Source: Candidatus Omnitrophota bacterium
GTDB lineage: Bacteria > Omnitrophota > Gorgyraeia > Zapsychrales > Fredricksoniimonadaceae
Assembly: GCA_021731625.1 (NCBI GenBank)
Contig: JAKFXC010000062.1
Coordinates: forward strand, 4,479-68,478
DNA: 64,000 nt
Reading direction: 5' to 3'
Below the pieces are notes generated by a model. It worked only from the letters and a program-made list of their open reading frames with translations, was not told the origin of the DNA and made no database searches. Positions 48,711 to 58,519 of this stretch are shown in pieces (within the stretch, counting starts at the first letter, position 1; each line of letters opens with the position of its first letter). The position numbers and the translations under genes are program-made.

Positions 48711-51700
48711 GTCTACGACGCTATATTCTTATTTTGATAATCAGCACAAACTTGATGGCTCCATTGCCGGCACCGCAGGCCTCCGAACTGATTTTGCCGC
48801 AGCCGGGCAGTATGCTCACGCCTACAAAAGCATACAATTCGGTATCGGTCAAAGGCCTAACCATTGACCCTAAAAATCCACTGCGATTTAGTTTTATTGT
48901 TGAACCCGGGGATACGGGATTAAGCGGCCTGCAGCTTAAAGATGAATCCCTCAAGCTTATTAAATATTTTCTTTCGGCATTAACCATACCGGAAGACGAA
49001 ATGTGGGTCAACCTTTCGCCTTACGAAAAAAATCGCATCATTACCGATCAATTCGGATCAACTCAAATGGGCCGGGATTTATTGGCCCAAGACTACATCC
49101 TTAAACAGCTCAGCGCTTCTTTGATCTATCCGGAACATGCTTTAGGAAAGGCGTTTTGGCAAAAAGTATATTCTCAGGTTAAGGATCAATTTAGAACCAC
49201 GCAAATGCCGGTTAATATGTTCAACAAAATTTGGATCGTTCCGGACCAAGCGTCAATCTATGAGCATCAAAACAGCGCGTTTATTGTTAACTCGAGATTA
49301 AAAGTGTTAATGGAACAAGACTATCTGGCCACTCAAAAGAATGATCAGGTTATTTCAAAAGAGCCGCAGGATCGCGGGCTATCTCAAATCATACGCGATA
49401 ATATCGTGCCTGCGATCGAAAAAGAGGTCAACGAAGGGGCCCACTTTGCCAATTTACGGCAAATCTATCAAGCCATGATATTAGCGGTTTGGTATAAAAT
49501 TCGGCTCAAAGACAGCCTCTTGGGAAAGACGTATGTCAATTTGCATAAAGTCAAAGGTGTGGCACTGGCGAACACCAAAGACAATGACATGATTTATCAG
49601 AATTATCTTCGGGCTTTTAAAAAAGGAGTCTTTAACTACATCAAGGAAGAAGAGAATTTGGCAAATCACGAAATGGTTTCCAGAAAATATTTTTCCGGGG
49701 GATTTATGCCGGCTCAATTAGCCCCCATCGTAAAGCAAGGTTTAGTATTCAACCTGCCAGATAGGGCGATCCTAAGCCCAGAGGCTCAAACTGTCACCTG
49801 GGAAGCGGAGGCACTGACCTCGGACCAGGGGATGACTGGAGAATTGCAACAAAGTCTAAAAATGTCGGATCAAGATTTTCAAGTCCTGCTGGGTAGACTG
49901 GCCAAAGATAAGTACATCACCGCAAATTCGGAAGTGGATTTAGAGTTTAAAGGCCTGAAGCCGGCTTACGCCAGGCTTTATCCTGCTCACCATGACCGAA
50001 TTTCAAAGTTACTTTCCGACGGACGTTTAAAACGGCTGGAAAAAATGGAACAAGACCGCAGAGCTTCCATCAAGCAGGAGCTAGGTGATTGGACAGAGAA
50101 AGTCAATGCGGCGGTAAAGCGGAATCAGCAAACAGAAGCAACCAAAAGGGAGGCCTTGGTCCAAAAATGGACACCAACATTTAAAAGATACGGCATTTAT
50201 TATTTTTATTTATTTAAATATATGTCAGAACGTATATTCCACATGCCGTTTAGGTATGAGCTGGAAGATTTTCTCCAAGAATCTGTTGTTGCTTGCCATG
50301 GCGTTGCTGAATTGGGAAAGACAGATGACATTTCGTTTATCATAGCTGCCCAACGGCATTTTCTGCAGTTTTTCGCGGAAGAAGACAGGATACCCTACAA
50401 AACAAAAGTTGGCGTGGTTACAAAGTTGCGGGCTTTGATCGAAAATTATTCTGCCTCCAAGCTTCAAGTGGTGCCAAATAGGTACCTTGTGCCTGCGCTA
50501 CGAGCTGAGTTTCCTAAGCTCCAGCGGTATGTACGCCCCAATGACCCGTTGGAAGGGGAGGTTGAGGCGGGTCATTTCGGATTAATTCCCCTGGAGGAAA
50601 CGTCACGGGAACTATATTTGCAAGCGGCTCTACCTAGAGTCTTGGATCAAACGAAGAAAGCCAATCGTCTTGTCGCTCTGCAATTTGGCCTTGGTGATGA
50701 CATAGAAAAGAGCAATGCATGGATTGCCAAAGAGTTGGGGTATCAGTTCGAAAATAGTGTGCGCTCAAGGTCGTACGAAATCCGGGTGACATTAAGCAAG
50801 AATAAGGCCTTGCGGGACCTTACTGTTTATGATCATCAATGGGTACTGTTCAATGATACTCTAGATTTTTTGCGTTATCAAGAGCGCGCCGCACAGAGTT
50901 CCTCGCCCAAAAAAATTCCTCATGAGCCGGCATTGAATTTTGAAGACGAGCGGCGATTGATGGATTTGGTGCATTTGTGGTTTGCTGCAAGTCAGCTGCG
51001 ATTTCTGCGGGCACTGTATTTAGGAGACAATACCGATAGCTTCAACGAGGGGGTGCAACGAGAAGCTAAACGAAGGATCAATTTATTCCTCACGCTCGGT
51101 GTGTTGTCTGAATTTGGTTTGGGGGAGCAATTAATCCCCACCATTGTCCGCTTGAGCGCCGAAACCCCACTGCAGCGCATGTTTCGTCATGCGGGAGTAG
51201 AGCAATTGTTAAGAATTTCCAATGGGGACATTAATGCCGTGGTTGAATTCGTCATGCAAATGTTTCCCGAGGTATATAAGGAAGAGGATGTTCGGCGTTT
51301 AGCTCGAGGCTATTTTGATTTACCCAAGATTCCGCAAAGTCCCCATGTTGCTCCTCAACAAGTCCTTAGAATTGTTCATAACGTCATTAGTAAAATGGAA
51401 GGTGGCGAGAGTAGACGTAGATATTTGGTCAAAAGACGCTTAGTCCGTGATCTCTACTACCATTCGATCGTAAACAATACATCGCAAGCATTAGAGGGTC
51501 TTAATGCTGCTATCGGCGAAGCCGGCAGCGATCAAGAATGGCAAAATCTTTTAAAAGACACGTATGACTACTATCAACAAGCGACCGCGTTTTATCCACG
51601 CGGCTTTCAGGAGGAAACTGAGGTGGGTCAGGAGCCGATGCTGCCCGCGCAGAGATTTGGTATTTGGGAGGCAGTTTTGTCCCTATCCAATCCTCGTTTG

Positions 51701-53347
51701 GAAAGTGCGGTGCATATGAGTGAAGCCCGTATCGGCAAAACCATTATGGCGATTTTGTCCGTCTTTAATGTGCGCAAGCCGAATAGCAATGACTATGCGG
51801 TGCGGAAGGTCCTCTACACCACCACCAATAGCGCCAAATATGAGGTTTACAATGAGCTTGTGCGGCGTACGAATAAAGAGTTGGATTTGCATGTTATTGT
51901 GGTCGACCGTCAAAACGGCAATCGTGAGCAGCAAGTCGAAGAAGCCATTAAGTTAGCGGAAGATCCAACCAAAAACGTGGTGTTAATCGCCAATTATGAC
52001 GCCGTGAGATTATCACCGGAGGCATTTTCTAAATTTGCTCCTGACGCGCACATTGTTGACGAGGTGGAGTCGCTAAAAAGTGGTGATGCCAAGCGCACTC
52101 CTATCATTTTCGGTATTCCAGCGAAATATCGGGTTGCGGTCAGTGCCCGCGCCGTAGTCAATCGCTCAGAGGATGTCCATGAATTAATTTTGTGGACCCA
52201 GCACCGCGAATTCTTGCCTTGGGGAAGAAAGAAAGAAGACGCATTGCAGGAGCTTAAAGACATGTCCCAAGATCGAGTATTTGAGGTGTTAAGCAGGAAT
52301 CAGAGTCGATGGCGCCGTAGTACCGTTATGCCTGAGGTCAAAGAACCCGTATTTACCAATGAGCCTATTGAATATTCACTGGAGCAGCAACAAAGCATTC
52401 TGAAAATCAGCAGCGTGGATGAATTTGAGGATTGGCAATTAAACGAAGCGCGGGAAGACAAGGGAGACATGAACGATAGTGTTCTGACAAGGATTGATTT
52501 ACTGAGAAGAGCCAGTATTGAGCTGGGCTTGGTTCAAAAAGAAGCCTATTTCGGACAATATATGGACGCGTCCCCAAAAATTCAGCGCCTGGATGCCATC
52601 ATTGACAATGAATTCAAGAGTCAGGGAAAAGTATACGTCGAAGCAGATTTTCCCGAAGCCATTGACCGATTGGTGGCGCGTTATGCCCAAAAATACGGGC
52701 CGCGAGCAGCGGCAGGAATCCATGGTCAAACGCTCGTTAAGGACCGAGTTGATATTATTCGCCGGTTCCGCAGTGACCCGGAATTAAAAATATTGATAGG
52801 GACACCGCATACAACAGCTTCTTCCTTGAATTTGTCTCAGCTGCGAGGTAGTTCTTTCCACAATTCTTTGTTAGTGCGATTAGATTTGCCCGCTCGCAAT
52901 GTCGATGATGGCGATCGTTTGATCGATCCTTGGCAAGATAAGCAAGTCCGGGTGATCTCATTAATAGGCGTCTTTCGAAAGGATGATCTTGCCAAATACA
53001 AGCGATCCATTGATGAGCAGTTCTTCGACTTGCGGTCGGAGAAGCAACGGGTCTTCGAGCATGTTATTGATGGAAAACCCCTCGTTTCGGATGAGGAAAC
53101 GGAAGAAATTAAGGATATGGTTGAGGAGTTTATGGAGCCGTCGGAAATCGACGCTGCCATGATGGAAAAGGGTGGTATCGATTTAAATTCCAAATCCTTG
53201 AAGCTGCACATGAATGGTGATCAACCGGCTGCCTCGTTTAGGGGTACGTTCCTCCCTGCATTTGATGGTCTTTACCCGGTGCTTGTCGATATACAGCCAG
53301 CGAATACTGGTTCGAAATACCCCCCCGGATTATTTGAAAAGCATTAA
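48707..53347 (+). CDS. Cargo-cassette protein paralog 2 (1546 aa): conserved N-domain, degenerate sigma70-like region, degenerate SNF2 helicase, GGIDL module
   Basis: WVNLSPYEK, GRDLLAQDY, RKYFSGG; LEDFLQE and LQFGL...IAKELG; IGKT, ANYD, VDEVE, SPKI, IHGQT..R..I.RF. Confidence 0.85.
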   Translation: MSLRRYILILIISTNLMAPLPAPQASELILPQPGSMLTPTKAYNSVSVKGLTIDPKNPLRFSFIVEPGDTGLSGLQLKDESLKLIKYFLSALTIPEDEMWVNLSPYEKNRIITDQFGSTQMGRDLLAQDYILKQLSASLIYPEHALGKAFWQKVYSQVKDQFRTTQMPVNMFNKIWIVPDQASIYEHQNSAFIVNSRLKVLMEQDYLATQKNDQVISKEPQDRGLSQIIRDNIVPAIEKEVNEGAHFANLRQIYQAMILAVWYKIRLKDSLLGKTYVNLHKVKGVALANTKDNDMIYQNYLRAFKKGVFNYIKEEENLANHEMVSRKYFSGGFMPAQLAPIVKQGLVFNLPDRAILSPEAQTVTWEAEALTSDQGMTGELQQSLKMSDQDFQVLLGRLAKDKYITANSEVDLEFKGLKPAYARLYPAHHDRISKLLSDGRLKRLEKMEQDRRASIKQELGDWTEKVNAAVKRNQQTEATKREALVQKWTPTFKRYGIYYFYLFKYMSERIFHMPFRYELEDFLQESVVACHGVAELGKTDDISFIIAAQRHFLQFFAEEDRIPYKTKVGVVTKLRALIENYSASKLQVVPNRYLVPALRAEFPKLQRYVRPNDPLEGEVEAGHFGLIPLEETSRELYLQAALPRVLDQTKKANRLVALQFGLGDDIEKSNAWIAKELGYQFENSVRSRSYEIRVTLSKNKALRDLTVYDHQWVLFNDTLDFLRYQERAAQSSSPKKIPHEPALNFEDERRLMDLVHLWFAASQLRFLRALYLGDNTDSFNEGVQREAKRRINLFLTLGVLSEFGLGEQLIPTIVRLSAETPLQRMFRHAGVEQLLRISNGDINAVVEFVMQMFPEVYKEEDVRRLARGYFDLPKIPQSPHVAPQQVLRIVHNVISKMEGGESRRRYLVKRRLVRDLYYHSIVNNTSQALEGLNAAIGEAGSDQEWQNLLKDTYDYYQQATAFYPRGFQEETEVGQEPMLPAQRFGIWEAVLSLSNPRLESAVHMSEARIGKTIMAILSVFNVRKPNSNDYAVRKVLYTTTNSAKYEVYNELVRRTNKELDLHVIVVDRQNGNREQQVEEAIKLAEDPTKNVVLIANYDAVRLSPEAFSKFAPDAHIVDEVESLKSGDAKRTPIIFGIPAKYRVAVSARAVVNRSEDVHELILWTQHREFLPWGRKKEDALQELKDMSQDRVFEVLSRNQSRWRRSTVMPEVKEPVFTNEPIEYSLEQQQSILKISSVDEFEDWQLNEAREDKGDMNDSVLTRIDLLRRASIELGLVQKEAYFGQYMDASPKIQRLDAIIDNEFKSQGKVYVEADFPEAIDRLVARYAQKYGPRAAAGIHGQTLVKDRVDIIRRFRSDPELKILIGTPHTTASSLNLSQLRGSSFHNSLLVRLDLPARNVDDGDRLIDPWQDKQVRVISLIGVFRKDDLAKYKRSIDEQFFDLRSEKQRVFEHVIDGKPLVSDEETEEIKDMVEEFMEPSEIDAAMMEKGGIDLNSKSLKLHMNGDQPAASFRGTFLPAFDGLYPVLVDIQPANTGSKYPPGLFEKH

Positions 53348-53361
53348 GAATATGTTATACT
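53334..53361 (+). promoter_or_regulatory. Sigma70 promoter for paralog 3
   Basis: TTGAAA-N16-TATACT with extended TG. Confidence 0.5.
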
Positions 53362-53386
53362 TTCATAGATTCACAGGGAAATCCTC

Positions 53387-56300
53387 ATGAACAAATCCAA
53401 AAAAACCGCATACCTTGCTTCCTTTATTATAGTTTCTTTCGTCACCAGTTTTTCGCAAACGCCGGTCTACGCCCAGGAACTGATCCTGCCGTTGCCCGGG
53501 ACCATGGTCACGGCCAGCCCTAAATTTGCGCCAGCCATTATACGCGGTATCCAGTTTAACGCCAAAAACCCCTTCCAATTTGATTTTATCATTGACCGCG
53601 GGGACGACAAGCTCTCCGGGGAGGCTTTGAAACAGGAGTCCTTGAAACTCATCAAGTATTTCCTGGCCGGCTTGACTGTGCCGCAAAAGGACTTGTGGGT
53701 CAACCTCTCGCCGTACGAAAAAGGCCGCATTGTGCCGGACGGCTTTGGCCAAACCGACATGGGCCGCGACCTGTTGGCGCAGGATTACCTTTTGAAACAA
53801 CTGACCGCGTCGCTGGTGTACCCAGAAAAAGAATTAGGCAAAAAGTTTTGGGAAAAAGTCTACGCTAGGGCCAAAGAGCAGTTCGGTTCGGCCCAAATAC
53901 CCGTTAATACCTTTAATAAGGTGTGGATCGTGCCGGACAAGGCCGTGGTGTTGGAGCGTAAAGGCGGCGTGTATGTGTCTCAAAGCCATTTGAAGGTGAT
54001 GCTGGAACAAGACTACCTGGCTTCTCAAAAAAACGTTAAGGTAGCTAGGTCCCAGAAGGGGATTACCACTGCTTCAGACAAGGCCGTGTCTTCCCAAACC
54101 ATCCGCGACATCATTCTCCCCGAGATCGAACAGGAAGTCAATGAAGGCGCCAATTTCGCCGCCTTGCGCCAGGTGTTCAATTCTCTAATTTTGGCCATCT
54201 GGTATAAAAAGAACCTCAAAGATGCGGTGCTCAATAGAGTTTATGCTAACTCCAACAAAATCAACGGCATTGATATTGAAGATAAAGACAGCAAGGAGAA
54301 AATTTACCAGCAGTACCTGCAGGCGTTTAAAAAAGGTGTGTATAGCTATATTAAGGAAGATGCTACGCCTGCGGGTCAGTCAGCCGCCAGGAAATATTTT
54401 TCCGGCGGCGTCAACGTGGAAAACTTGGTTGTGGAAACCGAAAAAGAAAACCAGGCCATGGCCCTCACCATCGCTGAACGGAGCCGCAATGGCGATCTGG
54501 CTCAAATTAGCTGGTTGACCCAGGAGGTTAAAAATCCTAGGTATAGACAAAATTACACACAGGCCCGGTATACCTTCTTAATGAGCACCAAAGGCTATCA
54601 GGAGAGCCTGGGTCGTAAATTTGCACTGCAACTGGATGCTAATCGTGGTGATGGTGTGCTCTCGTATCATCAGCAATTATTGCAAAAAGCATTTAGCCTC
54701 GACCTGAAGAAGCAGAAGGAATTCCTGGCTGCATATAAAGATTATTTTAAATATAACCGCTATGGGATGGAAAATTCATCGATCCCCCGGACCTCGAAAA
54801 ATTGGTGGGTACGGAGCCCGCATTCGGATACTACGAGGGTGAGCATTTCACTTCCTATGCGACCGATGAACTGCTGGCTGTGGATTATCTTAAGACTTTT
54901 GCCCCGGCAGATTTTGACCGCGAACTCAACTGGCTGCTCGTGGAAGTTCCCGCCTTAACGGACGAGCAGGATATGAGTTCCGAAAAGCTGCTGCAATATT
55001 TGGACGAGGCCATTAAGCGCTTGTTCTCCTTTGCAGACCTTAAGCTTCATACGGATGTCCGCTTTCAAGTAGAGCAAGACTTACGCACCTATTTTTATAA
55101 ACAGCTGCTAAATCGCAAAAGTACTTCCCAGCGTATAATCCGGTTGTCCAACACCACGTCGCGCGATGGCCAGCAATCTAACAAAGGCACAAACCTGACA
55201 GGTCTTGACCAGTGGAAACTATTGTCCTGGATTGTAAAATTTGGCAATGTATCCACGATTGAATCCTGGGGCGGGGCTGCAAATCAATCCGCGGTCTTAA
55301 AGACCAAGCGCATTTATCAAGTGCCCGGACAGGAAGAGCCGCTGAAAAATTGGGCCGAGGACCCTTTTTTTAATTTAAGAGAGCAGACAAAATTGTTGGA
55401 AGATAACCTCAAGGAAGCTTTTGGGGAAGACCTGGATCGGTTGGAGGATGATGACCGCGAAAGGATTTTCAATCGGTACAAGCGCGACTTTGACCGCAAA
55501 ATCTTATCCGAATTTGACCTTAATGCGATTCTGAAAAGATACAATCTCAGTGAACAGGTGAAGAATCGCGTCCGTAAAGTCTATGAGATTAAGCAGGAAA
55601 TGCTTTTACGCGGGACTTTTCTGGTTGCCCTGGATCAGTTTCCGGAACCGGTGGTGAAGGAATTTGTGGAGGTGGCATGGCGGAATGGAGTCGATGTTTT
55701 TCGTATTTTTGATGCCATGAACCGGATCAACGAAATCGATGGGCCGCTTAAATACGCCCGGGCCCTGGGAGCTAAAGTCCAGCCTGCCATTCATTACACC
55801 AAAGGTTTTCCTAGGGGGATTCCTAAATATGTGGAGCTAGCCAAGGAATTGGTCAGAATCAGCGGGCACGCCCTGGATAGTTTAGTGATCAAGGATGCCG
55901 CAGGCCAGTTGGAGCCGGAGGAAGCCTATAAACTGGTTAAAGCTTTGCGTCAGGCGGGCATCACTGTTCCGATTCAAATCCATACCCATGATACCAATGG
56001 TAATCGGCAATTGACGTTGTTGGAAGCTATCCGAGCCAACGGGGAAGATTATCCCATTATTGTGGATGTGTCCACCGGTGAGTTGGCCGCACCCTTGGCC
56101 CAGCCCAATGACCGCCATTTTTTAAACATTGTGCAGGGAACAAAGTGGGAGGGGACGCTCATTAAAGATGTGGATTTTGAGCAAATGGAGCAAGCGGAAT
56201 TTTTTATAAAAAGCGACATTAACCTTCACAGTCCCTCTGTGCCAATGACGACCGAAGATCGTTTACGCATCGTGAGAGCGAACATTCCCGGAGGTTTAAA

Positions 56301-57489
56301 AACGAATAATGACAATGATATCAACAATGCCTTACATATGTATGAAAAACTCATCCGTAAAGTTTTCGATATTATTTTTTGGGATCCGCGTGGGAACTTG
56401 ACCGCCAAGGGCCAGGCCTTTAGAGCTGCCTTAGTACGGCTTATGGAGGAAGAAATACCAAGGGTTCGTAAGGACATGGGCAATTTCTCATTGGTCACGC
56501 CCACCAGCGAGTGGGTGGTCAAGCAGTCGCTAAATAATGTTATAGGGTGGATTATTGCAGACCAAACGGTTTTGAACACCAGCAATCCGCAGCAGTGGCA
56601 GCTGTCCATCAAAGAAGATCTCCTCCGTAAAAACCGTAAGAGCCAATATCTGTACAGTGTTGGTTTGGCCGCTCATTTGCATGAAGATCTGCAAAATTAC
56701 CTGGTTGAGTGGACCCAGGACACGGAATTGCAGGATATGTATCCGGATATAAACACAGAGTTGCTGGCTTGGGCGTTTGATATCGAAGGCATTAATATTG
56801 AATTGGATGATCAAAATCGGTTGACTGATAGTCCGCTCGAAAAATTTCAAAATTTAAGAAAATTTTTTGAAAAAAGATTTGTGGATGTGCCTACCATCAA
56901 AGTTTTGCATAAAATGGAAAAATTACGGGAAGGCGGCGATGCGGACGCTCTAGAGAATCTGGAATCTCAAGAATTTTCTTGGGACCTGATCAATAGGATT
57001 TTAAAAAACGAAAAACCCATGAATATCATCAAAAGGCCGGAAGATTATGTCCAGAACTACCAACAGCTGCGGAATAAATATCCTCAGGTCAAGGGTTCAC
57101 CGGAAGATAAAATCTTGGCCAGAGTTTTTCCCAAGGAAGGTCAGTTTTCAAATTTAATTGAAACCAGGAGGATCTTAGAAGAGCAGATCGACCAAGCCCG
57201 CCAAAACTTGCCGGCAGATCATGAGAAGATTCGCAGTTTAGCTGCGGCTTATAAACGTGCCGGCGGTCGCAGCGGAGAGCGGCGTAGCGCAGCGAGTGCC
57301 GCCATGATCGGTGATGACAAAGACGGCGGCATCAATTTGAATCCGGATTTTTATGATCTGCAGATTAATCGCGAAGGTAAAAGAGCTATTGATTTTGCCA
57401 TGCAGGGACCTGCTTTAACTCCGCAGCAAGTCCAAGGCCTCACCCCTGTCATCCTCGGCGTCAAGATCTTGACGCATTTGGAAATTTAA
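53387..57489 (+). CDS. Cargo-cassette protein paralog 3 (~1367 aa once a probable 1-nt frameshift near 54765 is repaired); pyruvate carboxylase/oxaloacetate decarboxylase carboxyltransferase cargo
   Basis: ORFs 53387..54958 and 54802..57489 join if GGG becomes GGGG; NTTSRDGQQS, ESWGGA, MLLRG, FRIFDAMN, IKDAAG, IHTHDT, IPGG, LVTPTS; GGINL C-module. Confidence 0.8.
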
Positions 57490-57514
57490 CCTGATTTGAT
57501 GCTATAATTCTAAA

Positions 57515-58063
57515 ATGGATTTCGAAGCGGTTTCCAAAATGGTCATGGATCAGTTTGGGAAACACCAGGTGCGGTGTGCCATTATCGGTGGTTTTGCCCT
57601 GCATGCGGCGGGGTTCCATCGGGCTACCGTCGATATTGATTTTCTTGTCCATGTTCAGGACATGCCGAAGGTTAAGGCCACTTTGGCAGCTTTAGGGTAC
57701 GACCTTAAGCATGAAAGCAAAGACGCCGCCAATTTTTGGGGTAAAATGGATACCTTGGGCAACATTGATTTCATCATTGCCCACCGCAAGTATGCTCTGG
57801 CCATGCTTGAGCGTTCTAAACCTTTTGAAATCGTCAAAGGCTGCACAGTCAATGTGATTGTCCCCGAGGATATCATTGGGTTAAAAGTCCAAGCGTTTAG
57901 CAATGATCCTGACCGCTACCGCCAAGATATAGCCGATATTTACTGGTTAATCAAGAATTACCGTGAACAATTGGATTTAAATTTACTCCGGGAATATTTC
58001 GGATTATTTAATTGTTCAGATAAGTTAGAGCAAATTTTAAAAGAGACGAACAATGCTCAGTGA
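57515..58063 (+). CDS. Nucleotidyltransferase-superfamily protein (AbiEii/DUF6036-like)
   Basis: IIGGFAL..AGFHRATVDIDF, PEDIIGLK, DIADI. Confidence 0.8.
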   Translation: MDFEAVSKMVMDQFGKHQVRCAIIGGFALHAAGFHRATVDIDFLVHVQDMPKVKATLAALGYDLKHESKDAANFWGKMDTLGNIDFIIAHRKYALAMLERSKPFEIVKGCTVNVIVPEDIIGLKVQAFSNDPDRYRQDIADIYWLIKNYREQLDLNLLREYFGLFNCSDKLEQILKETNNAQ

Positions 58064-58247
58064 CGAAGAGAAAAGAGAGATGTTGGAAGACGCGCGCAGT
58101 CCATCGCGACGAAAAGAGTTTGCGCAGGCAAAGAAAAATCAACCGCTTTCCTGGGGGCAATATTTTGGTTTTCTAAAAGCAATAGGGAATCTTTTTCCGC
58201 AGAAAAAATCGCTTAAAAAAATCGAAGGCAATATGTTTAGACTCTAA
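58053..58247 (+). CDS. Small hypothetical partner protein of the nucleotidyltransferase
   Basis: Overlaps the NTase stop; MLSDEEKREMLEDARS..RRKEF. Confidence 0.65.
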   Translation: MLSDEEKREMLEDARSPSRRKEFAQAKKNQPLSWGQYFGFLKAIGNLFPQKKSLKKIEGNMFRL

Positions 58248-58519
58248 TGGATATGCGGACGCAAGGCTTTTTTGATTTGAGTCCTTGCCTCTTCGGATAG
58301 TTTTTGTTCTGTTGTTGATGAATTGCTATATGCCTGCACTATTTTTTGTAATCCCTTAATTTGTACCTCAAACCGCTGGCACAATCCACACACCAATGCA
58401 TGCAGCCGCATATCCATCCATTCTTTAAACGAAAGACGGCGGTCGAGGGACAGGGACATCAAACGCGTGGCCTCCTGGCAGGAGACCCCGGGAATTTTAT
58501 CTAGGAGTTTATCAATCAT
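58244..58519 (-). CDS. Zinc-finger (zf-HC2) anti-sigma factor
   Basis: SCQEATRLMS, HALVCGLC; ATG overlaps the sigma stop (ATGA). Confidence 0.85.
   Translation of the reverse strand: MIDKLLDKIPGVSCQEATRLMSLSLDRRLSFKEWMDMRLHALVCGLCQRFEVQIKGLQKIVQAYSNSSTTEQKLSEEARTQIKKALRPHIH

Noticed and set aside
45931-58247. Prophage, ICE or IS explanation for the cassette array
   Set aside because: No integrase, transposase, phage structural gene, tRNA or terminal repeat is visible
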